A DNA stretch of 64,000 nt from Selaginella moellendorffii (GCF_000143415.4 NW_003314293.1:1618457-1682456), one strand, 5' to 3'. Shown: positions 23,887 to 38,186, counted from the first letter of the stretch. Notes: a model not told the origin generated them from the letters alone. Numbers and translations: made by a program.

Positions 23887-26800
23887 TGTGAAACCAAGAC
23901 GATTATTCCTCTTGCAGCCTACCTATTTATGAACCAAGTGTTTCTATCACGAATGCCTAAAGGCCGGTCAAGATTTACATTCGCAGTGCCTTCGAGGAAC
24001 ATGATAATGACTGAGAAGTCAGAGCAGCTGTTCACAAGTGGACTTTATATAATTAAGTGCTTGAGAATATTCTTAGAATATTTTCCTTTTATGGTGGAGA
24101 TTAATGTTTATAATTTTCAACCTTTTTACTTATTAACATTAACTTTTTACTTTGTTCTAAGCTCAAGTCAAAGCTTTCGGATATCAAAGAACCAATTAGC
24201 CAATAATGAGTATGCATCATCTTCCTCTTGCACGATTTTTTTTTTTTTTCATCTACTCGGGTGCTTGAAAATCTTCTACGCAATGGAATTCCCAGCGATT
24301 CTGGGAAGAATGGTGTGGGAAATGCATCACTGAGAAAAGGCCCTTTCAAATTGTCTCAGCTACCTCGCAAACACTTCCAATCTGATTGTACATCTCGACC
24401 AGTAGTTCTCTGGAACGCAATGATCATGACATATGCCATATATAGCAAGCAAGCTGCAAAGTGTGAGCTTTCTAACTATTCTGACAACCCATAGTTTCTC
24501 GCGGCAGAGAATACGATGGCGGCTCTGGTAACTTTTATAGAAAGTCTAGCAATGTGGATGACTTACGAGCAGTGACAGGTCATAGGATGAAGCAGCTGAG
24601 CTTGGTAACCTGGAACACGACAATCGCTGGCTTGCTTACGTCCAAAGAAAGGATGAAGATCAAAGATGCAACAGGTATTATCCTTTCCTCTTTCTTTTAT
24701 AAAACAACACCATAGTGAGATAGAAATAAGCACAACACTCACACATGGCAGGGCCTCCACAATGCAGTAATTTTTAGAGCAAAGGCCTCTGCCACATGCC
24801 ACATCATGAGAGGCAATGTCCTATGCTCCAGATAATTGATAAAACTTATAAAATAGGACTTAGCTGAGAGAAGGAAGCTCAATGAGATGTAGGCTACATA
24901 TAAAACAAACTTTCATGCTGAATGCTGATGGGAATTCAGTACAAAATTGGTAGTGCATAAATCTTTTCTACTTCTCCCAAGAGAGCTAAAGTAACTTTAA
25001 TTTAAATTTATAAAGGAATAAAATATTTATTATTTGTGCTTATTATTATATAAAGTTTTTATTTAACTACTTTTTTTTCTATCTTTTCCAACAGGGATTA
25101 AGATCAAGTACTTTTAAAGCCATAACATATAATATAAATTACATACTTGTCAAATATTTGCCATCTTTATATTTATTAAGAAATATAATCAATACTAACC
25201 ATGGCAAGAATTAAACCCTAAACCTCTACTCATTCACCTTGAGTTAAGTAGTATTAGATTGGATAACCTTCTGGGAAGTCCAAATTCAAGAGCTAACACT
25301 AAATTCGATAACATAACTCTTAAGAAACATTCTTACCTTGGGTTTTATGATAATGTCAAAGATTTTATGCTCTTTTATCCAGATTCAAGAGCTTAAACCA
25401 AGTTTGACAATGTAACCCTTAAAAAAAAAATTTACCAACAATGTTAAAGATTTCATACTCTCTCATTCAGATCTAACATCTCTTACAACTATCATTGATC
25501 TTAGCATTTGCTATAATAATCAATTGGAAGAATGATAATTGAAGTATTATCATCAAACCTTTGTGCCTCCTCCAATGGCCTCAGTCTTGGAGTAACTAAC
25601 ATATTAAAAAATGAAGGTTTTTCATGCCATGTGGAGAATTGCACAATGGAATTTGATACTGCAATTAAACCTAGCAAATCATTTCTCACCTATACCACAA
25701 CAAAGTCTGTGGACTTGGACAATTGTTTAGGGTGGAATTTCAGTCAAGGATCTGGATACTAGTGTAACTTTTAGTTTAAGCATGGCATAATTCCAATGGA
25801 AATTAGAGTTATATATTAATGGGTCTTTCCAATGTTGAATGATAATGTTGAATTAAATAATTCTTCACTTCTCCAAATCTTCTTCTTATGCTTCTCTAAT
25901 ATTAATTTCTCACATTTCTTTATATGAGTTTTGGCCATTATAATCCTTGTTTTTTGCAATTACTATTCATCTAATGTCAACTTCATCTATCATGATCAAA
26001 TATACTTTTCCCTTAAGTAGGTTGATTTCAAGGATATTTTCAACAAGGGGAGAGTTAGCATCTTGCTATCATATCAACTTTATAACTATTCTACTGATCT
26101 TATAGAGAGAAAATTACCACCATTTAGTCATATCTATAATCTTTTACTACTAAAGTTGGAAACGTTATGCATACATATTAAGAAGAATTTTTCTGAAGGT
26201 TCTTCTTAGTCTTTAGCTAGTGTACATATATCTTCTTTATATTCAGAAAAGATAAGTCTCTTCATTTAGTGATTAACTACCATAGCTTGAACAAATTCAC
26301 CATTCCCAATTAATATCCACTTTCATTAATCCTTGAGATGTTGGAGTGGCTTTCCAAGGTTTGATTCTTCACCAAAATGTAAGTGACTAAATTTTCCATT
26401 CTACTTTAATCACTTGAACACAGTTTTGACCATTTGAAGGAGTTTCACTCACAACCTTCACAAATCCTATTATCGACTTAGGATATGCTACCCCCATAAA
26501 TAACATCTATACCTTTGCACTTGATCCAAGTGCTTCATGTATTTCATCCCACGATAGACACTCTAAAAGTACCACTGACATACTAGCTTTCATTTTTTGT
26601 TGGGTCTAATGCGTAATAGGGATAGTGGTTAGGTCTAATTGAGATATTATTTGACTCCCTTCTAACATTGTTTTTGTTTTATATCCAATTTGGGTTTAAA
26701 CTCAAGTTTCATACCATGCTAGATATTGGTATATTGAAATAGTGTCAAATTCCATTTATATTGGTATATTGAAATAGTGTCAAATTCCATTTAACTTTGT

Positions 26801-29800
26801 TTTGTATACTGGTCTTGCCATTAGAATATTGAATATTCTATGACTATTTCATTGTCAATTTATGCTTCTATTCCTTTGTTCTTTAGTTGTATGCTCAAAA
26901 ATTGTTCCATATTCGAATTCTTTCACTTCTTGGCTATATACTTAAAAGTTTGGCTTTGTCCCTTTGTTCAATAATCCAAGGCCATGGAACTTGAGTTTCA
27001 CTTCATTACCCTTGGTTAATGTGTTCAAGGGTTAGGTTCCGCTCCATGATAAATTATTATAGGGTAACAATATGCATTACATTAGTATTAAAGGATATAT
27101 CTCAGCAAGTACTATCTAATGAGATTAGGCAACTAATTTTATTGCATATGTAGAGATGAAAATAATGATTTGAATGGCTATACATTTGATTACTAAGGCT
27201 TCATGTGCATCCCTTGGAATAGATTTTGGTTACCATGAGTTATCACCAATTATTATCACCCAACTATAAAGTTCCTTCATGTCACATGGACAATGCCAAA
27301 TATGAATCTATGGTTTATGAAGCTTATAATATTTAATACAATCATTCATGATAGATACACTTTGAGTATTATCCATGTATCAAGGTTGGAAGATTGGGTT
27401 GGATTTCAATTGCATTAAAAAATTTAACTTCTCTAATTAAATCTATATATCTTAAAAGCTTCACCAACTAGATACTATTAAGAAGTAAAATAAAAACTAT
27501 ATATCTTTCATTATAGACCATTCTAGCAATGATTTCCATTTTTAAATTGTTTAGAAATGGTGATGAAGCAATCACTTGTGATAATGGAATTACCCATAAA
27601 AGAAACACTGTGTGCACTTCTTGTTATGCAACCGTCTTAGCATAGATACCAAAATTATCACACCAGCATCTATAAGAGCAATATTACATGTGGGAGGAAA
27701 CTTTTGGGTCCTCCCATATTTTATGTAGGGGTGTGGGATTCATCTACCTGAGCATTGGCCATACACGTGGACAAAAATTAAAAAATCTTAGAGATAAAAT
27801 ACTTAAAAATTACTATATATAGCATGGTAGTAGGATTTGGATTGGGACCCACATCTCTGAGAAACCCTAATAAAATTAGCAGTGATGTAGCAAGATTCAC
27901 TTGCAAAACTCGCCTAGACAGCTCTAGATGTTAGATAGATTTATCTTGACTGTTAATTTGAAACATCACAAATTTAAATGGTTTGATTACAGGCTAAGCA
28001 GCATCCTTATGATTTCAATGCTACAATGTGAGTAGCAAATATGGATCTCCATGATTTCATCCTCGACTGCCTCCCTAGATTGAGGATGGCTCCACCAAGC
28101 ATGTCCATCTCTCCTTGGGCATTCTTGCTGCTGGAGGAAGTAAAAAATCTCAAAGCTTTACATGGCAATTGAACCTCATATCCTTTTGCTTTTGGCCATG
28201 ATTGCGCTTTCTCTGCTGGGAGTCTCTTGTTTGCTAGGAGTGATGGCAGGAAAGTAGGATTACTCCTACAAGCAGTCATCTCAGTAAGATGTACAAGAAA
28301 CAATTTTTTTTTAACAAATCTTGCATGCACATCCCATGATAAGAATCTTAATCCAATCTAGGGAATCAGCAGGTAAGATTCATGCTGTTGTGTCTTTTTC
28401 TTTTCTTCGGGCTAGATAAGATATGCAAACAAAGGATTTCATTCTCTTGGGTCAATGCCTATTTTAACCATAGTTTAGCTATGTTCACTAATCACTCCAT
28501 AGAACATCACATTATTGATATGAATTATTTTAACGTAGTATCAATAATTTCCCAAAGCCTCTTCAAGTGATCTATATCTCTACTAGCAATTGCCCAACAA
28601 ATGCTGGGTGGATGGCAAATTTCATGCCATTTCAAGAGGTTTGCTGAGCTTACCTATGTTTGCTGTTTGATCTAATTTAGCAAGCAACTAGAACTGGCAC
28701 ACCTTTTCCAGGGTGTGGTGAGCACTCAAAAAGCCTCCCATGCTTTTTAGAATACAATGATGCTTGAGTTGTGAGAGGTGGGTGGGGTTTGCAAGTTCCG
28801 AGAACTCACCTTGAGCTTGTTCTCTCTCGTGGAAGGATAGAGACTGCAAACTCTTTGATGGTTCTGGTTGCATTGAAGGCTAGCTCTAGCTCCAGCTCTG
28901 CTGCTCGATGGCATCCACAAACCCAAATGAAGACGTCTCAAATTTCCACAACACACAAAAATCTAGATTGTTGTGGTTGGGGGCCAAATTAGCAGCCGCT
29001 GGCCTGATGCTGAACACAGATCTCTACAGGAAGAAGCGCAATTGCTGCGATTGCCACTGATCTGGCAAGCAAGCGTTAGCTCAATTGCGGCAGGGCATCT
29101 AAAGCGCGCTAAAAAGAACGGGCACAGGGGTAGGACACCACTGGTGACACATGTCAGATGCCTGTCTTGCCTCGTTCAGAGCCAATGAGCACTGGAGCTG
29201 TGGTGGTCTCCTGGGCTAACATTAGAAAAATTTCTTGCGCAACCATCGCCTGGCCCGGGCCTGGGATCCTGGGCCATCTATATATATAAAGCGATAGCAG
29301 GACAAAGCAGCTGATTTATGCTGGGTGCTAATGACCATAAACACGTAATAATAATTGAAGAAGAAAGAAAAGAAAGCTTATCGGATGAAAAGGGATTCTC
29401 TGACAGCACCAAAAAAGACACTGAGAAAAAACTTTTGATTCAAGCTCCTTACAAGGATTCCAGGTTCAGTTTGATTCACCGACCAAGATAATGGAACGAA
29501 AAGCTTCAGGAAAACGTGGACAATATACCTTCATTTCGACGGAGTACTCAGCTTTTTCTCTGCGCCTTATTTCGCTGAACTGGCAGTCCTGGCAGACAAA
29601 TTCCTACAGAAACTCCAATGCGTCTCGTTATGCTTCTGCACAACAGCATTTTAAAAAAAAAGAAAAACAGTAAAACCGAGCAGTTCGCTATTCACGGATC
29701 AACAAGCAAATTAGAAATCTTCGCTTCAGTTGGAGGGCTCTCATAAGCTTAGTATTGCTCAACGTCTTTCCAAACGAAGCAGATTTTCTTAGGAAGCTTG

Positions 29801-30283
29801 GTTTAACCCTCTGCTAGATTGCAGTCATTACTGCATCTGAAACCTTTACGCCATTGCACACCACTCCAGAGCATTGACGCCACTGTGAGCAAACTACTAA
29901 AGCAACATATCAAAATCTTTCAAAGAATCTCGGAGTTCTTACTCGACTACTCAATTCTACTCCTTAAATATCAAAAAAGCATTTTCTTCTGCCAAACAGT
30001 GATCGTGCTGCTATAAAACTCTAGAAAAGTTCCCAGTGTACGAGGTGCTTGCGTTTCCATGTTATTCTAGCCTTGCCACTGGCGTGGTTTTCCACAAGAA
30101 ATAGCTGCCATTGTCATTGAATAGCATAAAGCAACCATCCTCCTGACGGTATAAGATTGACATTGTCTTGTCCCACAGGAACACAGGATACGTGTTCCTC
30201 GTGGCCACCCAACACGAAAAAGCGTGCATCAATCCTTTTCAACACAAGTTCCACCTTACAGTGTTAAAAACAAAATATGGCCT

Positions 30284-32054
30284 TCATAGGACGCGCGGCT
30301 TCACCACCACCGTCGAGTGCTTGGCAATATGCAAGCTGAACTGTCCACCCTTCTCGCTCACGTCAATCTTGTCGCATCCCGGAGGTGGCAAGAGCTCAAA
30401 CTTGGCAACGAGACTTCCAATCACCAAGTGGAGCAGCGGCATGGCGATGATGATCCCTGGGCAGCTCCTCCGCCCCACCCCAAATGGCAGGAATCTAAAG
30501 TCATTGCCGCTGGCCTCGATCTTGCCGTCCAGAAACCTGCTTGGATCGAACACGTCGGGCTTGTCCCACAGCTCCGGATTGTTCCCCAGCCACCACGCGT
30601 TCACCAAGATCTTGCTCTCCGCCGGGATGTCGTAGCCGGCCAGCTTGGCGGGCCGGAGGTTCATGTGTGGCACCAGCAGAGGGATCGCCATGTGGTAGCG
30701 GAACGTCTCCTTGATCACGGCGGTGAGATACGTGAACTTTGGAATGTCGGGCTCCGTGATCGCAACTCCCGGCCCCAAGACCCTGTCGAGCTCCTCGCGA
30801 ACTTTGTCTTGGATATCCCTGTTGTTGACGAGCTCGGCGATGACCCACTCCATTGACCAGAGGGTGGTCTCGATAGCTGCGGGAGAAAACGGCGCCGAAA
30901 CGTTAGGAAAGTGGTCCATCTGGTAAAGCAGTAAACGACGATAGGTAGGTCGTCACTCACCAGCAACGTTTATGTTTTCCACTATGTACAGGACGTTGGC
31001 TTCGGTGATCTCTCCCTGCTTTTGAGCCTCCAAAATGTGATCGATGGCAACCTTGTCGGGTCCGGTCTTTCCAGCATTCAGCAATTGCCTGCGAGCACAC
31101 AAGGCTGAGGTTAGATATGGTTGCCAGAAAGTCAAAACAAACAAAAAGGGAAAGCTCCAAAAATACGTGAAGAGCTTACTTGCGCTCGTCCAGGAAGTAC
31201 TTCTTGAAGAGCCCCAGCCGGTTCTCCTTCACGTCCTTGCACATCTGCAGGTAGCGCTTGAGAAACGGGCGCAGGATGGGGATGAAGTCGCCGTAGTTGT
31301 ACTCGAAGCTCTGCGCAAGCCGGCTCCTCTCGCCATTGAGCTGCCGGAGCTTCAGAAAGAGCGGATCGTCCTCGCTCTCGAAGCGCCGATCAAACATCAT
31401 CTTGTACATGACGTTGTACATGAGCAGCTGGAGCCTCCTCCGGATCACAGTCCCGCCCTCCTGCGCCTCCTTGTTGGCGAGAAGATCCTTGAGCACGAAC
31501 TCGATCTCCTGCTCCCACACGGGCCTCGACTGCTGTACCACTTTGTTGGTGAAGAACGGGACGGTCATGATCCTCCTCATCCGCCGCCAGTGCTCGCCGT
31601 AGACCGTGAAGACCATGTCCTGCCCCTTTCCGGTGAAGATATCAAACACCACGTTTCTCGTGCGCGATCCAAACTCCACGCCCTGCGTGTGAAGCACCTC
31701 CTTGGCGAGCTCGGGCGAGGACACCACGACGAGATTCCTCTGCCCCATCTTGAGCAGGAAGATCTCGCCATACTTCTTGGCGAGCTCGGCCAGGTTGCGG
31801 TGATTGAGATCGTCCCCTACCTGGAGCCAGTTCCCGAATATCGGCACCGCCGGAGGGCCCGGCGGGAGCTTGAGCTTCGGTCCCAGCGCCCTGGAGGCGA
31901 GAATCGCCCCAAGAACGAGCGCCAGGAGGCCAAACAGCACCGTCTCGAGGCGGAGAGGAGACGATGCCGCCGCCGCCAGCGCGGCCTCCTCCGCCGCGGA
32001 TGCTACATTGATCATCGCTGCCACGGCTAGCAGTGTCGCACTGCCCCGATCCAT
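30284..32054 (-). CDS. C4H: Cinnamate 4-hydroxylase, cytochrome P450 CYP73A
   Basis: Exons 32054-31180, 31088-30961 and 30876-30284. [40 protein letters not shown], heme motif [10 protein letters not shown]. Alternative start at 32015. Confidence 0.97.
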
Positions 32055-32659
32055 CGCGACGAGCTTTCCCCTGCGGCAGCACAGAGAGACTGGATTAAGC
32101 AAATCTGGAGAGCAAGATGGCTGGATTGCGCAGATCTGGCAGCTTACCGGAGCTAGATCTCACAGCGCTCTTGGCGTGGGAGTTCCTACACCTCAAAGGG
32201 AGGCTAAGGAAATATTTAGAGACCGCTTTGCCCTATATACTCCCAAAGGTGTTATCACCGTCAATCTCTGTCAGCAAACCATGGCTGCGATCCACGCGTC
32301 CAGCGCCTAGCCGTCGGATCGGCCAGATGCCGACGGCTGCGGTTTGAGTGATGGACAGGCGCTTGACTAGTAGGCAATCGAAGCACGTGTAGCGGCTCCC
32401 GCCACAAAGAGGTAGGTAAAGCTGGCCGGGATCTTTGCGAATATTCTTGGGATTTGTACGGATGTGTGTCATGTATTGTAGTTTTTTGGATCGTGATCCA
32501 GGTCAATGGTAGCCACGATGGCCGCATTTGATTTTCTTTGTGAAAGATGCCTCTTAGAGCTATGATAGGTATAGCTCTCGTAAGAGAGACGCACAAAACT
32601 TAGTCTCTTTGATAATAGTTTAAGTTTTCTCCACGGCTCCATCACCACCTGTTGAGTGC

Positions 32660-33070
32660 CCGCCCACAAACTTCGATGACAATTCCTGAGCGGCTTCTTC
32701 GTTCCACCCAAATGGAAGAGATCTCGAGTCACATTGCTACTGACCTCTTCCTGAAACATGGTTGGATCGAAAACGTCTGGATTCCTTCATAGCTCGCGAA
32801 GGAGTAGTGGAAGGTTTCTCCTAAGATACGTGAGCTTTGCGGGTGCCGTCCAAGACTTTTTATTAACTAATCCCTTCCTGGTTGAAAAGTTCCATGATGA
32901 TCCACTCGAGGTTGACAAAAGCGCTGCAACAGTGTCCCGTGGAGCGTTGTAAAAGTCCACCGCACCAAAGATTGGTAGGTCGTCACTCACCGACAACTTT
33001 GATATTCTCCAGGATGTTGTCTTGTAGGTGGCTCTCTCCTCTGGTAGATCTCACACTTGTCGGGTCTAAC
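32660..33070 (-). pseudogene. Collapsed C4H relic
   Basis: ILENIKVVG|gtgagtgacgacctac has the same intron start as C4H (30960). Followed by LEWIIMELFN, KLTYL, PDVFDP and LPFG fragments with large internal deletions. Confidence 0.8.
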
Positions 33071-33099
33071 CATCCGAGCGCAAAAAATAAACAATCAGG

Positions 33100-33420
33100 T
33101 CTGGTCTCGTTTCTTTCATGCGCGAGGAACTACAGTCATGGAGGCGTGAGAGAGTTTGACGATGGAATTCATCTCCCATAATCCAATTAGCGTCAAGTTA
33201 CGCAGCTTCTCGCATGGCTTGTCAAAAACACAAGAGTTAACCAGCATGGCCGCCCTCAAATCCTGATGCTCGCTCGAGTCATAACAGAAGAACTTTCAGC
33301 CGCAGGGCATGTTGCCCAAACAAGTTGAGAGTTCTGAGGCTGCCATTCGAGACGAAGTAATTCTATCCCTCAAAACGTCCAGCCTTGGGTATGATGATAC
33401 CAGCATCTGGACCAATCTCT
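33100..33420 (-). pseudogene. Collapsed F-box paralogue relic
   Basis: DNA blocks match the adjacent F-box gene, e.g. CCCAAGGCTGGA.GTTTTGAG and TTGACAAGC.ATGCGAGAAG...CTTGACGCTA. Confidence 0.75.
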
Positions 33421-33506
33421 TTACTCTCGTTGTGTGAATGTATTATCACCGTTGAAATTAAGCAAGAAAATTCGTCAAATTTTCTAGATTTTTTCCTTGC
33501 TGACGG

Positions 33507-34822
33507 CTACAGATGGATCGATAACCATGGATGCAACTTCTCATGCGTGAAAGAAATGCGACAAGGAGACAACGAACGCAAGTCGGACAGCACCCGCAAG
33601 GATTCGTAACTTAGTCTCCCTATCACCAGCTCCAAATTGGCCACATCTTTGTAGTGAATAACAATCCCTTTGACTCCAAGTAAATCCTTGAGAACCAGCG
33701 CGTTGGGCAGTGCAGACTCCTCCACATGAACAGTGAGATCGTTGAGAAGATCGGAGACACCCCCAGACACAAATGACTGCAACGCAGATCAGTAAGAAAA
33801 AAGAAAAACAAAGACAAATGATCAAGATCCACCTGAAGAGAATGACAGTCGCAATGTAAAGTGTCCACACTACCAAACGAAGATAAGAGCCTGTCGATGG
33901 TGATATTGTGGTGGCTTTTAAAATAATAAAGGGAGAGCTTGGAGACCAGAGGCATGAACCAAGACATCTCGGCAATCGCATCCATCTCCCAGGCTCCAAA
34001 TAGCGTCAAGCAACGTACCTTCTCGCATCGCTTGTCAAGAACACAACAGCCGTAAAAGCTGGCCACCTTCAAATCCTCGGAGCGCAACCGGATGCTCACT
34101 GGAGTTCCTGGGCTGTGTACTCCCACCAGCAGAGCTTCCAGCTGTGGGGCGTCGATTGTAAGCTCAAACGCCTCAAGGTCCTCATCGCATTGCCCGAGCA
34201 CAGTCAGAGCTTTGAGGTTTCCACTCGAGACTGTAAGGGATTGCCCGCCAACAATGACAGCGCTCAAAACCTCCAGCCTTGGGCACGATGCTAGCAGCAT
34301 CGGGAGCAGCGCGTGAGGGACGGGGCTGACAAGCTTGCAAACTTCTAGGGCCTGGAGAGAGCACGACACCAAGCTCTTGGTGCTAATGCCCATTGTCCCA
34401 CTTATGTAGATCATCTGGATCGCGGTGGAGCACGCGATCAAGCTCCAGACCGCCGGTCCCCACTTGAGCCCTTCCAGTTGGAGGGCGAGCCTTGTGACGG
34501 AGCCAGCAGCCCAAGCAAGCCAGTGACCGCTAACTTCCATCTGGTCGTCGCCATAGCCACACTGGAGCACGACGATGAGCTCCTTGAGGCAGCCGGGAGC
34601 CTTGTACTTGGCGCGGTGGAGGACGCTGGAGATGGTATCCTCGGCGTCCCTCACCTCCTCCATGCTACTTACCTCAAAGTCGAAGTGGAGGCGAGAAACC
34701 GCCGAGCTCAGCTCCCACCATCGCTTGCACACCAGCGAGCACTCCGCGAGCTGCCGCGCATCGCCCACCTTGCTCAAGATCTCCACCAGGGTGCTATCGT
34801 CCAGCTCCACGCTTCGCCTCAT
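33507..34822 (-). CDS. F-box / LRR-like protein
   Basis: N-terminal F-box LDDSTLVEILSKV...CSLVCKRW, LRR-like CPRLEVL. Exons 34822-33833 and 33776-33507. Confidence 0.85.
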
Positions 34823-35095
34823 TCGACACCCCCTGCCCTGGTTTCAAAAATGAAACGTTTAGCTACGTTCCGTACAAGACGTATTTGCCTTTCGTACGCT
34901 GAGAGTTCTGGCCATGTGGCCCAAGAACAGGGGGGTCGGCGTCTCAAATCTCGTGCCCCGCAGTTTCAGCGGAGAGAATGGCTTCATTATCCTGAAAAAC
35001 TGGTCATGGAGGATTTGCTGTGAGAGAGCCCGCATTTCTCATCCCCCTTGTTTCTTGGCTTCCAGGAGCTAGGGTTTTCTCGCGCTCGCTAGGCA

Positions 35096-36326
35096 ATGGC
35101 GGCCTATCCCGGGACAACCGCGATCACCACAGAGCTCATACAGAAGGTGCGTGAGTGTTTTCTTCCTTTTTTTTTGGGGTGTGCGTGGGCGGCTTTAGGT
35201 TGTCTGTCCAGTAGCATCTATAGTTTTTCGGATGGAATGTCGTTTTCCTGTGCAAGAGAACGTTTCATTCCTTTTTGGGTTTTAGGAGAGGAGCATAAAG
35301 TGATCTCTCACAGTTTTGTAAGGCCAAAGCTCACTTTTTTTTGCTCTTTTCTCTTTTGGATTTGGTGCTGCANNNNNNNNNNNNNNNNNNNNNNNNNNNN
35401 NNNNNNNNNNNNNNNNNNNNNNNNNNNNNNNNNNNNNNNNNNNNNNNNNNNNNNNNNNNNNNNNNNNNNNNNGAATGCGCGCAGTATGCCACTGACTCGA
35501 AAATCTTCGATCTCCCCCTCTCTCTCTCTGGTTTCTATTCGGATCTCTTCTTCATTTCTTTAAGCTTTTGCCTTCTTTCGCTGGATGAACACCGAATTCA
35601 TGGAAGGTGGAACTTAATTCTTCCCTGCTTTCTCTTTCAGGTACCAGCTGAAACTCCAGCAAAATCTCATGTACCTCGCTGCCATAGCTGACGCTCAGCC
35701 ACAACCACCTCTTACAGCTGCTCAGGTACCTTTGACGTAAACTGCGAGAAGAAGAAATAGTTTAGTGTGGATGCTTAAGAAAAATTCTCTTTTTTTTTTA
35801 GGTTCCTCCCGGGAGTATGATGCAACCGGGGCAGCACTACATGCAGCAGCAGCAGCAGCAGCAGCAGCAACAACATATGATGCAGCAGTCGATGCTCGGG
35901 CAGCGAAATCCAATGCAGTACATGCAAGCGCAAGGCCCGATGCATCCCGCCGCTGCTGCCGCCGCCGCCGCGGCTGCACAGCAGCAAGCCATGGCCGTCC
36001 ACGCAGGGATGGTCTCAGGAGCTCACAACGGACTACACATGCTCGGGGAGGCTGGCGTTGGCGGCAATGGCCCGGCGGGTGCCGGGAGCTTTGCGGACTT
36101 TGGGAGAGCAAATGCCAGCGCTGGAGGTGGCGGGGATGGCCTCCAGACGAGCATCGGGCTCGGACAGGACATGAGGAGCGGCGCTCCCGGGAACCGGGAG
36201 ATGGGCGGCGGCGGCGGTGGTGGCGGCGGAGGTGGCGGCGGCGGAGATGGCGGTGCTTCCGGAGTTCAAGGAGGAGAAGATACCGAGCCATCTTACTTGA
36301 AAGCTTCCGAGGAGGACGGGAACTAA
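35096..36326 (+). CDS. GIF: GRF-interacting factor (SSXT/SNH domain), interrupted by an assembly gap
   Basis: ITTELIQK| (gap) ECAQ|YQLKLQQNLMYLAAIAD, Q- and G-rich region, terminal SYLKASEEDGN. Confidence 0.93.
35373..35472. other. Assembly gap (100 N)
   Basis: Run of N hiding most of GIF exon 2. Confidence 1.
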
Positions 36327-37380
36327 CGGGAAGAGAGCGCCAGAAGGGAACACTCCAGATCGCTGAGATGGACAACACAGCTACAAGCCAGGCTCGTTTT
36401 TCTTTCACTTGTTTCTCGATTCTTTTTCCTGGGATGGATGGTCTCCTGCCGAGAGCTTTTCACGGGCAAAGTTCCAGCGGCAAGAGCAGGGAGGCTTTCC
36501 AGTGCTAACTCTCTTTCGTCTTTCTTTCTTCTCCTTTTCCCCTTTTGCATAGATCAAGTGATGGTATCTTTAGTTCCGCAAAGTTCCATCTTTGTCTGTA
36601 AGCTCCCACTTTGTTTGTACTAATGTAATCAAATCCTTTTCGTCGTTTCTTTAATGAGCTCGACCGCTTTTGCTCTCACTCTCGCTCGATCGATCGATCG
36701 ATCGAGGAACTCCACGACAAAGGGAATGTCTCTCGAGCGAGAGGGACAGCAAGCCGGAGGAGAGAAAAGCCGGTGCATGGTTCCAATCATTGGTTTAATC
36801 TATTGTGGTTAGGCACATGGCAGTGTTGGAATTATTTCCAGATTTAATCGCTTGAGGGCTCGCCCGCGTGGCTGGCGTCAACTTTTGCATCACCCGGGGC
36901 CGGGGGAGCAATTAACTATGCTAAATGGCATGCACGTTAATTAAAACCTGAACGATATGGTTTCCATTCCAATGGGTTTTGACGTTGGCGAATTTAAAAC
37001 GACCGCGGCAAGTGCCACGCTGGCAGGGTGGACACGCGGGCGATGCCCATTTGCTGTCGTGACGGCCGTTTCCAGGTGGCGGGGGCGTGTTACCTTTAAC
37101 AGGCGGTGAGATTTTGTCTTTGACTGCCACTAGCACATAAAAAACCAGAGTAAGTCCGATATAGAAACTTTCTTGCTGGAAGCTCTAGGGCTTAATGCCG
37201 CCGACAGCGCATTTCTCTCTTCCCAGGCCGCGGTGTGAGAAGCTGCGATAGATTGGAGGAGGGAGATTTCGCTCGCGATTTTCTTCTCTGAATCGATCAC
37301 TCTCTTCGCCGGAATCAATCTCTCTTTCTTGGCGATTTCCGCCGATCGACTCGATTTCGTTCTTGCTCTCTTGACATTCC

Positions 37381-37821
37381 ATGGACAGAGTGAAGCAAAT
37401 GGTGAGGCGATGGCAGAAGTTTTCATGCGCGGGGAGTTTCTCGAGCGCGCCGGCGATGGAGTCAGAATGGAGGAAAGGAGGCGGCGAGGGCGACGCGGCG
37501 GCGCTGCTGCCCGAGGGAGGAGCGCTCACAGTGTACGTTGGGAGGGAGAGGCGGAGGTATGTTCTTGGCGACGAATACGTGAATCATCCTCTCTTCAAGT
37601 CCCTCCTCGCCAGGAAATCCGCGCGCGAGGCCCTGGATCGCGGCTCGTCGCCGGGGAATCCCCCGGATTTCTCCTCCAGCGCCGCCGCGCTCGAGCAAGA
37701 GATGTGCATTCCCTGCGAGGTCGTGCTGTTTGAGCATTTGCTGTGGATTCTCAGCAGCGACGACGCCGCGGAGATCAGGGACTCGGCGGAGGAGCTTGTG
37801 GATTTCTACGCGTGGGCATGA
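37381..37821 (+). CDS. SAUR: SAUR-family auxin-responsive protein
   Basis: PEGGALTVYVGRERRRYVL...VNHPLFKSLL...IPCEVVLFEHLLW. Confidence 0.88.
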   Translation: MDRVKQMVRRWQKFSCAGSFSSAPAMESEWRKGGGEGDAAALLPEGGALTVYVGRERRRYVLGDEYVNHPLFKSLLARKSAREALDRGSSPGNPPDFSSSAAALEQEMCIPCEVVLFEHLLWILSSDDAAEIRDSAEELVDFYAWA

Positions 37822-38186
37822 TCATCGCCCCCTGGAAAGTCACTTCGGCCCATTTGTTCTTGGCAAGGAGAAAGGAGAATATTCCTCCCGCAAATCCACA
37901 TTCCTGGAATATGCTTGTAACAAAGCATCTGTTGAATATTCTATTGGAGTATGAACATTCGTGGAATATGCTTGTGATTTGACTAGCAAAACCCTAAAGT
38001 ATCTTCGGTTCTGTACAAAGAAGAATGTGGTCTACCACGATCGAGATCCGCCACTCTTTGAGAAGTAGATCGATCATTCCCCACTCAAGAAATCAAAAAA
38101 AATATCTAGAAAGCCCTGTGTTTGTGCTGTTCCACCTTGCCAATCAAACGGATTGTTCTTTCCTCCCCGCGGACTCTGTGGATGGA

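Larger units (their letters stand above)
20164..27240 (+). repeat. Tandem segmental duplication, copy B
   Basis: Colinear with 11925-20163, with indels. Right end approximate. Confidence 0.9.

Noticed and set aside
28000-29300. Exon-like scraps and a TATA-like tract
   Set aside because: No coherent spliced ORF or recognisable family.
31044-32030. 328 aa plus-strand ORF and similar long antisense ORFs over BAG, UBA/PUB, H4, F-box and GIF
   Set aside because: Expected from high GC3 codon bias of real genes on the opposite strand.
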